Source of the DNA: Enoplolaimus lenunculus
Lineage: Eukaryota
Reading direction: 5' to 3'
Assembly: GCA_030248215.1 (NCBI GenBank)
Contig: JASANG010002125.1
Coordinates: 1 to 64,000 of the forward strand
DNA: 64,000 nt
Part shown: positions 12,813 through 27,637 of the stretch, piece after piece
How the letters are laid out: each line of letters begins with the position of its first letter
Numbering within the stretch: position 1 is the first letter of the stretch
Notes under the pieces: model-generated
What the model saw: the letters and a program-made list of their open reading frames with translations, nothing else
Told to the model about the DNA's origin: nothing
The model's database searches: none
Position numbers and translations under genes: made by a program

Positions 12813-15800
12813 ACCTAGCTATGTACAAAATAAGGATTAGACAATCCACAGAAATGCAAATCTCATTCTAAAGATCTCGCATTGCAATGCTATGAGATGA
12901 AACTAAAACAATATTTTAAGCTTGATTTGAAAGCTTCTTTTGAGCACACGCCGCAGCAATTTTAGACACACCGTTGTGGTTTTAGCGGTTAATTTGCATA
13001 TATTGCTGAATATTTCCATTTTAATTAAGACATATTGGCTTGTTACGCGCGTTCAAATGGTAGCTATATATAGAGTTTTAGCCGGAAAATGAGCTAACAA
13101 GTGTTCGTTTTCGGGCTAGTTTTAGAGCATTAATTGCTATATTTGTTGATCACTGTTACGAATAGGGTGGGTTTCAGTGGTCATACCCATAATTTGGTTA
13201 AAGGCAGTGTGAGGTCTAACCAGTACGGGCGTAGCCATGATTACATTTCAGGAGGGGTTTGTTACTTGTAAACGTTTTTTTGCGAGCGAGCAAAACGAGC
13301 GAGAAAAATGATTTGAGCTGTTCACACTGTTTTACTACCTGTTAAGGTGCTTTTTCCGACTCTAGAAATTTCGGGTGATATACCCCTATCCCCCCTTTTT
13401 ATAGTCCACTGCTAACTAATGGATTGAGTAAAAAAAACTGGCAAGATTAAGATTGGGTGTGAAACTCTGCCGCAATCTTAATCTTGACAACAGGGGCGTA
13501 TAAAATGGTGGGATAGCGGAGATCATATGCCCCACGTAAAGTTTCTGGATGCACTTTAAGCTAGTTTTTTAGATAATATGAATTTGTCATTCGTTCACTT
13601 CTCTTGTTCAGGATAACTTTCTCTCCGAATATATACGCTCACAAACCGAAATCATGGCTAAGCCCCCGTGCTTAACGGGATTTTTGATAAGTTTTAAGTC
13701 AAACTTTTACATTCTTCAGTGTTTCATTTGAATAAAGCATCCTTCTCGGCTGATAAACTTATCATCTTTCAGTCTGATTTATCATTTTAGTGCAGTGCCG
13801 GAGCAGGCCAGGGTGAGGTCCCCCAAAAGTCCAGGGTGGAGCCCATTGCGATGATCAAAATATTTTTCGAATTTTTTGTTTAAAATCGTGTTTAGGGTGG
13901 ATGCCCCTCTTTGAGCCCTTTCCCCCTAAATGGGGGTATGTGGGGCGGCTTTTCCGGCCTGGTAAATACTGTTCCAATTTTGTTAAACAAAGATTCCATT
14001 TGGAATATGAAACATTGTCACTAGACCAGAAACCAGGAACAGCGACTACTATAAAGTAATGTCTAAAGCCTGAACTGCGGACCGGAAATAAATGCAAACT
14101 TTTAAGTTGTCCTACTTTTGATATTTAGCCAAGGGGATCTGGTTCCGACCCTTTGAAACATGGAGGATACATCCGTATCCGGCATACCTTGAGGACTGTA
14201 CCCACGGGTGTTTTATTTGACCAATATTTTATATTTTCAAAAGTTGACCAAGAAGATAAACCCACCGGTATCCTGCGCTTTGAACCCGTTATGGATTATA
14301 GTGTCATTGTAAGCAACTGGTGAATAAATACTCTCATGGTTAAAGCATTATCTGCTTAAACTTTCAACTGATTCATTGAAAAGCCTATAATATTTCATTC
14401 AAATGCTGTCAACTGGTTAATACCATTGTTGCTCAAGCGTTTGGCCAGCGCAGAGCCCGAGCCAGCTCACCTTGCTAGGGGGGAGGGGAAAAATATTTTC
14501 AGGAGGGGTATCGAAGGGTTTTTGTTCACTCACAAGCAAGGCTGAAAACTTTCCAGTCGGAACAAATTTATTCCGGGGTGGTGGAAACTCCCCTGGCCCC
14601 TCTTGGCTACGGGCAAGTATATAATTTCCAGCATTGAGTTTGGCAAGCCAGTGCAGTGAGCGAGAAATTTTTGTTGACCTTTTCAGATGACGGGTTAAAG
14701 ACTGTGGAATACTTTCTATTTTCGCAGAAACGCCGCAATACGAGAGCCGGGCTGACCCCAACGTTTTCAAATCTAATGCTTTGTACCAGTACTAAAGCTA
14801 AAATTACGTTTGACTTCTCACTCCACTTGTTTAGCCCTATCCCCAAACACTAGGGTTAATTTAATTGAAGGCGAAAGTTTCCCCTGCATAATTCTAATAA
14901 TATTACACTATCACATTCTTAGGCTTGGGTTCAGACTTAGGGTTGCGTAATAGGCGCACGTTCATGCCGTTCGATCATAGTAAAATTTTGCTTGAAATGA
15001 AATAATTTTCAAACCAAATCTGGTGGTGTTGTTGTTATTGTTGTTGCACTGTCGCCTAGTGTATACTTCTGTCTAGAATATGTCTAGTCTATAGTTGTTC
15101 TAGTTCAACGCTTTCGTGCTAGCCGGCGAATGCTGATATATAAAAGTTGGTTTCTATGAATGAAACTGGACGACTGTTTAGAAAATGGTAAAGGTTCGCT
15201 TTAACGATGTATTTCAGCGATGTCGATGTGTATAGTAATTCACTTAAGGGTTTCGGGACATCGAATCAATAGAATGATTCAAGTTATAGACGAGTAAAAT
15301 TTTTTCTAAATCGTAGCTTCAATCTACGCTTAGATTGAGCAGGCTTAGGCATGAGCTATGTTAGCTTCGATATGTAGCAGATTAATATTTTTTTAGTTAC
15401 CTAAAACCTTTGGTATGTTTTTGGAGTTTTGTTATTTTACCCCAAAGTTGTTTGCTCTACCGCGGGTCTAAATTTATGAAATGTAACCGTTGCAGAATGC
15501 TAAAAAATAGCTTCAGCTGGGCACAAGCTATAAAAGTCTACCTGTATAACATTTGCTGCGCAACGCAATGCTTATTATTAATGCACACACAGACAAAGTT
15601 GATAACTTAATAAAAGTCTCTGACAACAAAGAGACGGACATAAAATGGAAATTTGATAAAAAAATTTACTTTAATTTAAATATTCTCAAATCAATTAAAT
15701 AAAACGATCTTAAGCGCTGTATCGTTTGAGAATCCGCCTACACTTTTTAAAAATACCACGTAAATGTAATAAAAAACTATTTTTTTCGGTTTGAAATCAG

Positions 15801-16951
15801 TGCAAAACTTGTTAAATATTTGCGATTTAAATACAGCAGCTAATATTAGTTGAAAAAATGTTCAACAGGATGTTGCCAAAATTTTACTTAACTTAGCAAA
15901 AGAGCAGAAATTGTTCCAGAAAGCTAAGACGAACCCCATGGCTTCGGTGCCTGTTATCTGAGTTTTTTTAGATTTTTTATTGAAGTACGAAACCTGATGT
16001 CAGTGGTAATATTGCGAGTGGGTTAAAATAGGTTATCCCTTTGGAGTGTAACCTTAGAATTGTGTAATTTTCAAAATTAAACAAGAAACTTCTTTTAAAG
16101 TCTCTATTTGTTGATTAAGCCGCATTGACACACGCAGACAGACTATTATACCCATGGACTGTTGTCTACTTGAGGTAAGAAAATTTAGTAGTGTCAAAAT
16201 TGATTAATTTGAAGGTAATTTGCAAAAAATTAATAAGAGAAAAAATGTGAAGTAAGCAAGAATTTAAAAACACAAACAACTGTACAGTACCCTAAATTTG
16301 ATTTGACCAATCCACGAGCTGGGTTAAATTTTCAAATTTTTTCCATTTTTTACCCCAAAATATTCTAACTCTTATCTAGTGAATGCGCCCATATTTCATT
16401 TTAATTGGTGTTAAATTCTGTGTTACTCTCCACTTAAAAAATAATTTTAAAAAACTACACAACATCGGCGGGTCCAAAAAAATTGTTCACGGGGTGGGGG
16501 GAATATATAGCACTGCCAAAGCAACAGATCAAGCCATACGCTTTTTTAGTGCTAAATCTTAATTCAAAATGAACATTTTAATCCCGGTTTGAGGTTAAGG
16601 TCAGCACAGACCTCGTTTTGATGCTCCGGTGGCATATTTATGACAGTAAAATTAACTGTTTTTTGGATTGAAAAATAGTTTACACAGGAGTAAGCGTCAC
16701 AGTTAGTTTGGGGTGAACGCTTTTAACTTTGACAGGAAAGTTAAAAGTGGATTTGTCACCTTTATTCTATTGTTTACATGATTATTTTTTTATTTATTTT
16801 AAAAAATAACCAAGCAATGGCTTTTTGACATTTTTCAGTGTTTCCGTGTTTTCATAAATTCGTACAAAACGAACCCGTAGTCAACTCGTAGACAGGAGGC
16901 TTGAGCTACGCTTGGAAATGTTCGTACAGTTTGGACTTGTAAAATCCATAT

Positions 16952-17191
16952 GGCCCATGTATAGAACAGGGCCGGATCGTTTTCTGGCGGGCTTGTAATA
17001 GAGTCCGTTTAAGCTTTTGACTTACTTTTTCCTTAGAGTTTAGGCTTAGGAATAGGCTTAGGAAGAGGCTTATCCTTATGCTCAGGCTTAGGAATAGGCC
17101 TATCCTTATGCTTACGCTTACGCTTAGGCTTAGGTTTAGGCTTAGTTAATATGCTTATACTACTGTTCCGGCCCTGTTCTATACATGGGCC
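16952..17191 (+). mobile_element. TTAGGC-array MITE (family A), best-preserved copy
   Basis: ~25-bp perfect TIR ggcccatgtatagaacagggccgga / tccggccctgttctatacatgggcc. Internal ttaggcttagg/ttacgc array. Flanks atccatat/atccatgg. Confidence 0.9.
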
Positions 17192-18241
17192 ATCCATGGC
17201 TCCATCTAGAAAATTTTCAGCCTCCCCTCATGCCTGTTGCGTTTGCTTTGAGCTTTATGGGACTAGCTGAAGGACTTTACGGGGTACATTTTGTTTTGAA
17301 TTGTATTCTTTTACCTGTAACTAAAATTGCGTTCACCAGACACAAAAGGGTAAGAAGTCTTATTCAGGGAGCTTAAGTAAGCTTTATTGCCCCGTTTGCG
17401 ACGATTAGCTTCACTTGCAAGCGCGGCAAAAACCTAAGAACTGACTAATCAATCAATATTAATCTTATAGACATCTTAGTTGTTTTCATAATTTTATTCA
17501 TTTTTTTGTTGCTTGATTCTATTTTGAGTTAAATTTGATATCTTTTCAAAAAAATAACCTTTTTCGTATTTTTAAATTCATTTCGTATAAGCTTGCGCGA
17601 CAGAGTATTGCGTTTGAGTGAGCAGCCAGCATCATCGCGACCAATTGTTGAAGCACAGGGTAGCAGAAAATATCTAGAAGAAGAAAGAAGAAAGAAAATA
17701 TCTTTTTCTAACACACAATTATTCATTGAAAGTTTGATCATTAAAATTTACGGCCAGGGGGGCCTAAGATATTCGTAGGGCCGCAATTTGCCACTTTTCA
17801 CCCCTTCTGGTGTGAATAATATTGCTGTGTTTAGGGGGACAGAAACATTTTAATGATAAATGTGCTTTAACCGAGGGTGCGGCTGTTTGTATCGGCGTTG
17901 TCTTGGCGCATTGTCGAACACTGAAAAGGAGGTGCGCTGTGTACGAAGAGGTTTACAAGAGTGATTATCTAAATATGGAAACAACCAATGATGCTTTTAT
18001 ATACCCAGAACCATCCGAGTTGCGTTTTACCGACTGGTGAGATGTGATATTTCAAATATTGTTGACGACGGTGTGTTTTTGTGACCTCACCAAAGTTAAT
18101 TTGGATATTTTTGGCAATTTTTTTGGGAACCTACGGATATATACGCATAGATATGCATGGAGATACGCAAATATTAGCTTTTGTACGCTTTTATTCCGAA
18201 ATTAACGCTTTAGGTTGAGACTTACGCTTAGGCATTTCAAA

Positions 18242-18471
18242 TCTATATATTAAAGCTGGAACGCCTCACATACGTATTTTGGGCAGCGTTTCAACAGATT
18301 TTGTTTACGTTACGTATACAAATTAAGAGAATGCATTGAGAATACATATCGCTTCGGAGGTGTTCATGTATCTGAAAAACATTACATCTTTTCAAAAACA
18401 GTTTTTAACTTCGTTCACTTAAATACGAGGGGCCCAGGCAACAAAGTATTCTCGGGCCTGCAAAGCCTTAG
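18242..18471 (+). mobile_element. Possible non-autonomous Helitron-like fragment
   Basis: Starts A|TCTATATATTAAAGCTGGAACGCCTCACATACG, with a related segment at ~3206-3247 and ~1185-1226. Ends with a GC-rich imperfect hairpin followed by CTTAG|T. Termini are degenerate. Confidence 0.3.
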
Positions 18472-18688
18472 TCCAGTTGCACATGTGTGCAAGTACGTGT
18501 AATAGCGGTGTTAATCGAGAGCATCAATGACGTCACCGTGATTGATTTGTATAGAATTCGCGACCTCGCCTCAGCCAGGTTAAGAAGTTGCGCTCTCAAT
18601 GTTATTTGTTCCAGTACTTTTTAATGGGGATATTCCGGTCGAGAATGCTAAACTTTTAGATGTTGTGGAAACTTTATAAGGAGTCTTA

Positions 18689-18794
18689 GGGTTGTGCTAT
18701 ACTTACCACACGTCACCAAATAGATTTTGCCTATATTTTTGTTAGCAACGTATAAACACGGCGACGTCCAGTACAGTGAAGTATAGCGCAACCC
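18689..18794. mobile_element. PIF/Harbinger (Tourist-like) MITE; copies also 19624-19745, ~21805-21955, ~23215-23350
   Basis: TIR gggttg(t/c)gctatactt / aagtatagcgcaaccc with a 3-bp TTA duplication on both sides in two copies. Confidence 0.8.
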
Positions 18795-21700
18795 TTACAG
18801 TTTTCTACTCCACATCACTATTATTGCTGGTCATGGACGTATTTATACAGAATTTCATTGCAAGAGCGTCGTGAATCGTCAAACGGAATTTTTTGCTAGC
18901 GAGCAGGGATTTGGTTGTTTACAAACATTGCGAAAGGGTGTAATTTTTGAGTAACTCCTTTGAATTTCAATGATCGCAGATCTCTCATCGATTTTGTCTC
19001 GTATACGGTTTTGTTGTTGCTTTGGTTAATAACAATTTGCTAACGAAGCCTAAATCTCTAAACAAAGAAACCGAAAAACAAAGACGACCTGCGGTGCTAT
19101 AGATATCTGGCCAGAAATCTGATTAATGCCGGTATATATCTTCATTGAATAAATCTCACGCTTTATACTGCCGGGTTTGTAATATAGATACCGCAAAAAT
19201 GAAACGTGTATATTGAAACAAAACAACACCGTGGTTTTGGTTCACGTTTAGTTGATGTGAGTCCGTAGCTCGAGGGGGATAGGTAATGACTTACCTTCTA
19301 ACTAATTTTTGCCCCCTCATACAAAATTCATGATATGCCCCACCTAAAAATTACCCCTGAAACAAGGTGACCTAGCAATGCCTTGGTTTAATATTGCTTC
19401 GAACAAGCCAGTTTTTCTTAAATTTAAAATTGCAAAATAGCACAACTTTGATTTGTGTTTGAGGAATATATCTAAAAACCGATGTTTTTATGATGCAGTT
19501 GGAGTAAATTTCTAATTAATATTTGCATATTTTATTTCGGTATTGACAGTTGAGAGGCCACAATAACGCTGTATAGGTTTGAAAGTGAGAATTTCTATTT
19601 TTAAAAAAATTCTAATCCTATTAGGGTTGCGCTATACTTTACTGTGTCGGACGTCGCCGGCCGCCGATGTCGGCGTGTTTCAATTTTTACAAAAGAAGCT
19701 CACAGTGTCGTGCGGCGACGGCGTGCGGCGAGTGTAACGCAACCCTTAGATGAACTTGTTTCATATTTTCGGATTTTTAACACAAATTTCTGATGCCAAC
19801 GGAAGTTTCATTGCCCAAACATTTTATATCTATCGATACAACATTTCATGCAAACGCCGAGAGGGGTCTTGTCGATTCCACCGCAAATGAAAACTATATT
19901 AGAATTCATTTTTGGTAGCGAGGAATAAAAGCCTGAATCATTGCCAATCAAAATTTTAAAGTCGCCATTATTTTATCTTTTCCCATCCCATATAAATACC
20001 CCCCTCCCGCATAAAAATTCTTCTGAAATTTGGGTTTCAGGAAGGCTGCCGTCCTTGAACCCCCACAAGTTCTGGGGATCCACAGCATGGCCAATGTTAC
20101 TTTAAGAGGCGTAACAATGGATTAATCTTATTCCTAAGCCTAAATATGGGCCTACAGCATTACGGGGAGAGGGGCACAAAAACAATTAATTACTAAAACG
20201 CTTAAAATTTCCCGTCACCCCTTCAACAGAAAGTACAAAAAGTGCCGCTACTACACCACACAGTCAGAAGTTCTATTGTAGAACGTTCTGTATGTCACAT
20301 TGACAAAGGAAACGAATTGAAAACATTGCCCAATATTTCAAATGTGGGAAAATTGAAAAAAGTGTCGTTTTATTCACTTTCCGGTTGCATCCCTTCTCAA
20401 CCTTTACTCTCAAACGGCCACCAGCTCGTTCAACCGAGACAGCTCCGTTGTGCCAACAGTAATTAATCAGCTTTCAGCATCGGTTTACAGAAAGCATAAG
20501 TAACAGATTTTGCGAGCGAGCACCAGCGAGTGAACATTGATTCAGTTGTAGAATCCAACAGGTTTATTCAACATCCTGTAACATTGCTTTTTCACTCATT
20601 TCTTTGTAAATTCTGGAAGCACGTGTATTCCCGTATTTTTCTTCGCCAAAATTTACCCGTTAAATTTGACCGTTGGTCGAATGAAAATACTGCGATGTCT
20701 TGGTGCACCCACCTGCAACCACTACAACAATGCTTGTTTTGAACGAACAGTAAACATACCATCGGTGCCAGTGATCTGTTGACTCGTGTGATAAACGAAG
20801 ATTAACACCACTTAATACTTTGTAATCGAGTCTTAGTTGTCGGAAAGTACTTTAAAACGTTTTTGAATTTTGATTTCAATTTAACTAATAGTCATTGAAA
20901 TAGAGTTCAATATTAACGCTGTTGGAGGTTGAGTGACCGGAGCCAGTAAGACAACTGGATATATGCAGCGTAAACGATTCTGGGTGGCACTGTCACGGAT
21001 TTGAGATAAAGCTTGATTGGGAGGATGTTTTGATTTTCTAAAAAGAGGACAGCTAGGGATCTTGGAAATTTATAGCGAAAAATGTCAAAAATCCAGCCAC
21101 AGCCCGGTAACAAAACGGGAGGCAAGAAGGGCTGAGAATGCTGTAAAAAATTTTTGGTGTTCCAATAAGTCTCGTTTTTAGGTATAGCAACAAAAGGCTT
21201 CGCCGAACGTTGTTTTTTTGGCCCATAGTATCTTAGGCTCGCTGGCCTTAGACGCTTTGCGGCCTGTCCAGTTGATCAAAGCAATTCCGAGTCCTGCATA
21301 GACCATTTTAAATCTCATAATACGACCAAAATACATATAAACAAACGAACCCACCCAACTCAATCTAAGCGACAAACTTTTCCAGTTGTATTTTCTCGTC
21401 ATATTAGAATGGATTTTGCAATTTTAGAACATTTTACGAATAAAATGTACTGAAAATTCAGTTCTCGCTTGGTCACATTGTGCTGTTTTTCTGCGTTCAA
21501 AACTAAGTTTCTGAAGAATTTATTAAAGTTTTGGCTGTCACGCAAGCGAACGATTATCAGTTAGCATCATTTGCAGCAATTTTGGATATGAAACTGTCTT
21601 TGTGGTGGATAGACTGCGGAACGGTATTTACACGAGTCTGAGAATAGAGACTCGAGACGCAGCTCTGCCGTTCCCGATATTCGTGAGCGCTCCGCAATTC

Positions 21701-24150
21701 AATTGGCTGGAAAACATACAGCGTTGTTGAACTTAAATTTTTTGTAGACGTATTTGGTTACTTTGAAACGTATCCGGATTCTGACGCAATTTTTAAGTGT
21801 CTTAGGATGGCGCCTTTACTTACCGTGAGGCACCGTCCGGCGTCGTCCCTCGTCGTCCATTATACGGTATCGTATGTGAGTAATTCACGTACAATATCGA
21901 CAAAACCGGACGGTGACGGACTGCGCCGGACGTCATCACAAGTATAGCGTCAGCCGTATACTCGCGCCAGTTTAGTACTGGAAATCGTTGACAAAGTTAC
22001 CGGACATTTTGGCCAAAACTTGACTTCTGATAACGGTTTCTGTAAATAAGTTTCACGCGTTTAGATTTTACCCATATTCGAACCCGAAAAACTGTTGTCA
22101 TGAAATGTGCGTTGGCGAACAGTTTAATGTCGTCAAAACTTATTTTTCATAAAATTTTCCAATTCTACGTTACGCAAAGGTTTTCGACTTCAAAAACGCG
22201 ACGGCCGGTTTCTCCGGCACCGCAACCAGCAGCGGCACTGTGTCCAATGCCAATTTCCAGTTAAGTCCTTAATTTTGTTACTGGTCCTCAGTTTTTTGAC
22301 GATTGTTGAAACGTTTACGCCGCGTCATGCATATTTGTTATACTAAAATAGATCGGATAAACAGTTTTTTTAAAAAATTACACCATAAAAAACGTAGCAT
22401 AAATTCAGCATCGAAAGTTTTCGTGAAAGTAGTAAAAAAGCATTTTATGAAATTTGTTTTGCATATTTAGGAATTTGTAGCATAAAGTGTGTTAGCGCTG
22501 GACAGTGCCGGAGCAGGCACGGGTGAGGGCTCCACCCTAATTCCAAAATGTGGGGGACCCCAAACTCGCGAGCGAAGCGAGCAAGAAGCCAGACGCATTT
22601 TAAAACTTAAGTGGGTTTTGTTTCAACCGGTAAGGGTGGGGGTCCATTTGGGGGCCCCCACCCAAATGGAAGATATGGGGGGTGGTTGCTCCGGCCGTGA
22701 GCATAAAGTGCGTTAGTGCTGAAGACTTGGCGACTATTGGACAGACGTATGCTGGTATCCACAGTGGCGGATCCGGAAACTTTTTGACGAAGGGTCGCAG
22801 CGGCGATATGTATTAATAGTGAACAAAGCTTGAGAGCGAAGTTTAGCGCTGATGAATTTATTATACTTTGCAACTTTTCATGCAATAACAATGTAAGGAT
22901 TTTTAAATAAATAGTTTGTGAAAATTTTCCGTCACCTGTCGGTGTTATGTAACCCGGATACGACGCTGGTAAAAAAATTTCAAAAACAAACTATTAAGTA
23001 ATCCAGGTTTCAACGTCAGGAATTCGTATTTTTTGGATTGGCGAGCGCATAGTCAGCAGGGGGCAGTGGGACTGAGCGCTGCTAGAAATATTTTCCTCCC
23101 CCGACGAAATGTTTCAATGACGATCGTAAGTCTTAGTAAATCCTTGTATGCCCTTTCTCAAAAGGTTTATTCTCCATTACGCAACAAGGTGAGCTGACGC
23201 CGGGCATACACAAAGGGCTGCGCTATACCTTACTGTGCCGCGTGCCGCTGGCAAAATTTATTTAGTGGAATTTTTAATAAAACATTCTACCAGTGCCACG
23301 TAACGGCGTCAGGCGGCGTCGTGTGATGCGCGCCGAGTATAGCGCAACGCTAAAATAAACACAAACCATGTTTTTAGTTGAAAAAAGCTGTTTTCCTCAT
23401 ACAAACATTAATTTCAAGTTTTTCAACTTCAATTCACGTCGTTTCGCTAAATTGAACTCAAACGTTGGTTGAAGTAAGCATTTGGCTAAATTTCGATTTG
23501 AAATTCCGTTGAGAATTAAACGCGACTGCCTAATGTGTAAACAAATTGGAACCACAAAGTAAAGCGAACAAGAGTAAACAATACGCTGTACCGGTATGCT
23601 TCAAATATAGAAATAGAACGACAGTTTCTTTCTGTTTTATACTTTTCGAGATGTAAGAGGTAGAATTAAAGAAAATGGAAGATTATTAATATATAAGCTG
23701 AAAAAATAAACTAAACAATTTTTCCAGGGCATAGTATGGTTGTAATTTAAGTACGGGTGTGGCATATCAAGAAATTCTGATTGGGCGTGGAGTTGCAGAG
23801 GAGGATCCACAATTTCTGACGGGGGAGGATTCTGCCAGGTGCCGTGCCTTGGATTTCCATTTACAAGTAAGCTTGGAACTCTTTAGCAGTGACAGATATA
23901 AATTTTTTATTGTTGCAATTATATATTACCGTTTATTACCGCTTGGTGATAGAAGTCTTGTTGGCTTTCGAATCAGTGAATGGTGAGGTTTGCAATTGGG
24001 CACATTTTTAACGGTCAATTTGTTATGTTTCGGCACCAATTTTGAAATCCGTAATTGTAGAAATTTGTTAGTTTGAAAACTCTATCATTAGCTGGCACAA
24101 ATTTGAGCATACAGGTCCAGGGTTTTGGTTTAAGGGATTACTACACTGAG

Positions 24151-24322
24151 CAGTGACGGATCCAGGATCTCAAAATGGAGTTGGGCAAAATTTCACAGGT
24201 AATAAACTTACTTTTGACTTACACACAAACCACGAACTATTGTCACAAAATTGCTATATAATTTTTGTCGAGATGCTGTTGGGGGGGCACGGCCGAGGTG
24301 GCCCCCCAAGGATCCGCCATTG
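24151..24322. mobile_element. hAT-type MITE
   Basis: TIR cagtgacggatcc / ggatccgccattg with perfect 8-bp TSD acactgag (24143-24150 and 24323-24330). Confidence 0.88.
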
Positions 24323-25063
24323 ACACTGAGTTATAGTTTGAGTTGTGAATTCATCTCAGATAACAGTTACTAGACGGGTTACAACAGTATCCTCTTTACT
24401 AATCACTTAAATGACTTAAAAATGGATGAAAGTGTACATCAATTTCAAATAATTTTGACAACACTTTTGTGTCTAATAATGTTTGGTTTCTTGTGGCAAA
24501 AGATTGGTTCCGGCGACAATATCACTAGATCCTCAGTTTGAGCATTTAGTTGTTAAAATTTCATTGGAAATAAAGATATTTTTTGTTTCAGTTGAACGTA
24601 AACTTGATTAACCTTTATACGATGTTTCAGCACTGTCAGGAATAATAGTATCCAGAAATTTAATTTCACTCTTTCGAGAGAGTTCAAATAAGAAGTTTTG
24701 AAGTTTTTGACCGAATTATAGTAAACTTTTGTGTCTAACTTTGTTTCGCAACGATCACATTTGCATACCATATTGAGTCTGAATCCTTGTTCGAACTCCA
24801 TATATTCCACTGTGACAGTTGTAAAAGACGACAACAGATGGCTCGACTTCAAATTCAAACAATAAGTTTTTGTTCAACTATTAACCAAGGGCATCATAAT
24901 ATAAGTACGAATATCGTTTGGCATAGAAAATTTTGAGGTTAATTGAGCAGGGAATTTGTGGATTGCGTTGAATTTTGCAGTCAATTGTTTATTTCTTTTT
25001 GACCACAGTTGGCTTAGAGCGGTATTTGTCCTTTATGTAAAGAGTGGACAAAGCTGGAACCTG

Positions 25064-25284
25064 GGTCCGTATTCTCAAATGTGTGTAGCACATATCACCA
25101 TTTGGTGATAGGTCTTGTAACTTTGGAACCAGTGCTTAATGAAGGTCGAAATTCAGCACATTGTTCACGTTTGATTTGCCATACTTCAGTGCCAATTTTC
25201 ACGTCTGCAATTGCAGATTTTTGTCAGTTTGAACAGCTATCGCTAACTGATGTTAGGTTCTATACGCATTTGAGAATACGGGCC
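25064..25284. mobile_element. Harbinger-like MITE (ends GG(T/C)C(C/A)GTATTCTCAAAT); relatives ~23940-24100, ~29878-29990, ~33798-33997
   Basis: TIR ggtccgtattctcaaatg / catttgagaatacgggcc and shared internal 'ggtgataggtcttgtaactttggaaccagtg'. Confidence 0.65.
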
Positions 25285-26089
25285 CTTGATTTAATAACAG
25301 AGCTATTTGGATTTTATTTCAGCAGGTATTGCATTAACTATGTTTGCGGGGAAGCATGGTTAACGGCAAAGCTTTTTGGACTCAAGCGGAAATATCATAT
25401 TATTCAGAAGACAGTAAAACAGCGTTTTTGTCGTTGCTTGAAATTTCGAGATATACCATTCCTTATCTCGTCCTTGAATGCGCCCCTGTATGCCAGATTT
25501 TAGGCAAGATTCTTTAAATTATAAGTTTGATTTTATTCAATTATCGCTTTGATTATAGGGGCGGAGTGCCAACAAACTTAACATATCAGTCAAGTCGGAA
25601 AAATTCAGTTGTCCTTTTTTGTAAATTTTCATGACTCGATTTTTTGCTCGAAAATTAGGTAGAATGAATATGCGGACGTTTGTTTATTTCTGGTTAATAG
25701 GCTTCCGCTGTCTACTGGAAAGAACCATTACGCAAATATATATATGAGTACAAAATAATTTACCAAAATTTGTTTTAATAAGCTAGTATTGTACGTTCGA
25801 AAATATTTATTCAGCACAAAAACCGTCATGTCGTACTGCGGCGGAGAGTGACGCGATAGTTTATGAGAAAATTCGCTTCGTTTATCCTGTGACCGTTATT
25901 GCATTTGTCATTTCCTTTGCAGTGTTGTTTCTTTTGTTTGTTTGTTGTGGTGACTTTTGTATGCAATATTTGATGGGAACTTTTTCTCATTTTGACTCGA
26001 CTAAACTTATGTTTGTACTAAACATAGTTTTCATGTCTCAGATAATTAGTTTCATTTTAATATGATGCAGTTTCGGCGCAACTGTGCTT

Positions 26090-26162
26090 TTGGTTGTCGC
26101 TGTTGTTGTTGCTGCTGCTGTTGTAGTTTTTGTTGTTGTGTTGTTGTTGTTTTTGTTGTTGC

Positions 26163-26229
<67 letters not shown>

Positions 26230-26390
26230 GCTGGTGTTGTTGTTGCTGCTGTTGTTGTTGCTGTTGTTGTTGCTGCTGTTGTTGTTGGGGTTGTTGCTGT
26301 GTTGTTGTTGTTGTTGTTGTTGCTGCTGCTGCTGCCTGCTGTTGCTGCAGTTTGTTGATGTTGCTGTTGTGATTGTTTTCTGTTGTTTTA
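26090..26390. repeat. ~300-bp compound (GTT/GCT)n microsatellite
   Basis: Direct reading. It accounts for the poly-Q/L/V/C ORFs in the track. Confidence 0.98.
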
Positions 26391-27637
26391 TTTACACAAG
26401 AATATTTCAACTTAGAAATTTACGTTTTTGTACATTTACCCCTGGCTACTACAAGCTTAAGCCTCAGCCTATGCACCAAATCCTCAGCCTAAGCCTGTGT
26501 GATCATTGTAGCTTAAAATTATGCTAAAAATCAAAATATTTCAAAAAACTAAAATGGGGAAGGCACCAAAATACAAGAGCCTAAATTTTCGCTATTTTCG
26601 TAGCTTACAAGTTTTTTTGGGTTTAAATTATACGCAACTATGCATGGCTCGTTTAGTAACACATGATTGATCAGGTACATAACAACGACTAAATGCATTT
26701 TAGAACACAATCGAAAAACTGTGGGGTCATAAACTAATATCTCTAATGAACATAGACAGTACCAGGATTTTGTTCAGGGGGCGCTTAGATTTTTTCGTTT
26801 ACGTATATTTTAGAGCATGGAATAAAATTTGCATTTGGTTCAAAAATTTAACTGGTTGTAAAAAATTTAGGGGGGGGGGGGCAGGCGGCCGGCCGGTCCC
26901 TCTATCTGTGACCGCCCATGCTAACGAACTCGATGAATGCTAGCGCTAAAGGTTCTGTAAAGCTGCAAATAAACACTGGTTTGTGTAGTGAATGACTTCA
27001 AACGCCTAAAGCGGAAATAATTTTGTGCTAATTCTTGTTGACAACGGTATGGTGTTAGCTTAAGTTTAACAGAATAAAGGATTAATAATTGTGAATCTCG
27101 CAGTTGACTTAGATGTCTTAAAAAGCAAACATTTATAAGCAGCCACCATCCATACCTCCCGTTTGGGGGCCTCGTCCCAAACAGCCCCATCCCACCCGAA
27201 CAAGATTTTAAACAAAACATTTGAAAAATATTTTGATCATCGCAAGGGGTCAACACCCGTGGAATCTCACCCTAGCCTGGTCTGGCACTGCGTGTTTGGT
27301 TAAATACGAACTTGGATAATGATAATTTCTAAATTATGACAACGGGAACAAGAAATGTTACAACGATAAGTTTCGATAAGGCACAGATTTCGCTGAATAG
27401 AAAAACTTTCATTTCAAACATTAATAGTTTCATCCTGGTGCGCAGGCAAGCATAATCTTTAAATATGGCGCTATGACATCGGCTTTCCAGTCAAGCTAGG
27501 TTTGATCCACCAGGATTTCGGTTAGGTGCCTTTTACCATCACCACTCTGCTACAGGAATCTGGAACTCGAGTATGAGCGAGCTCTCACGTTTTGTGGAGA
27601 TTTTGTACCGTAAGCATACATGGATCAATCAATAAAT

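Noticed and set aside
16952..17191. TTAGGC arrays as a true telomere, telomere fusion or telomerase RNA template
   Set aside because: The arrays are short, degenerate and enclosed by TIRs and TSDs. The pair in the palindrome is GCCTAA...TTAGGC, the opposite of an end-to-end fusion.
26057..26527. Poly-Q, poly-L, poly-V and poly-C ORFs
   Set aside because: All are translations of the (GTT/GCT)n microsatellite, with no domain content or exon context.
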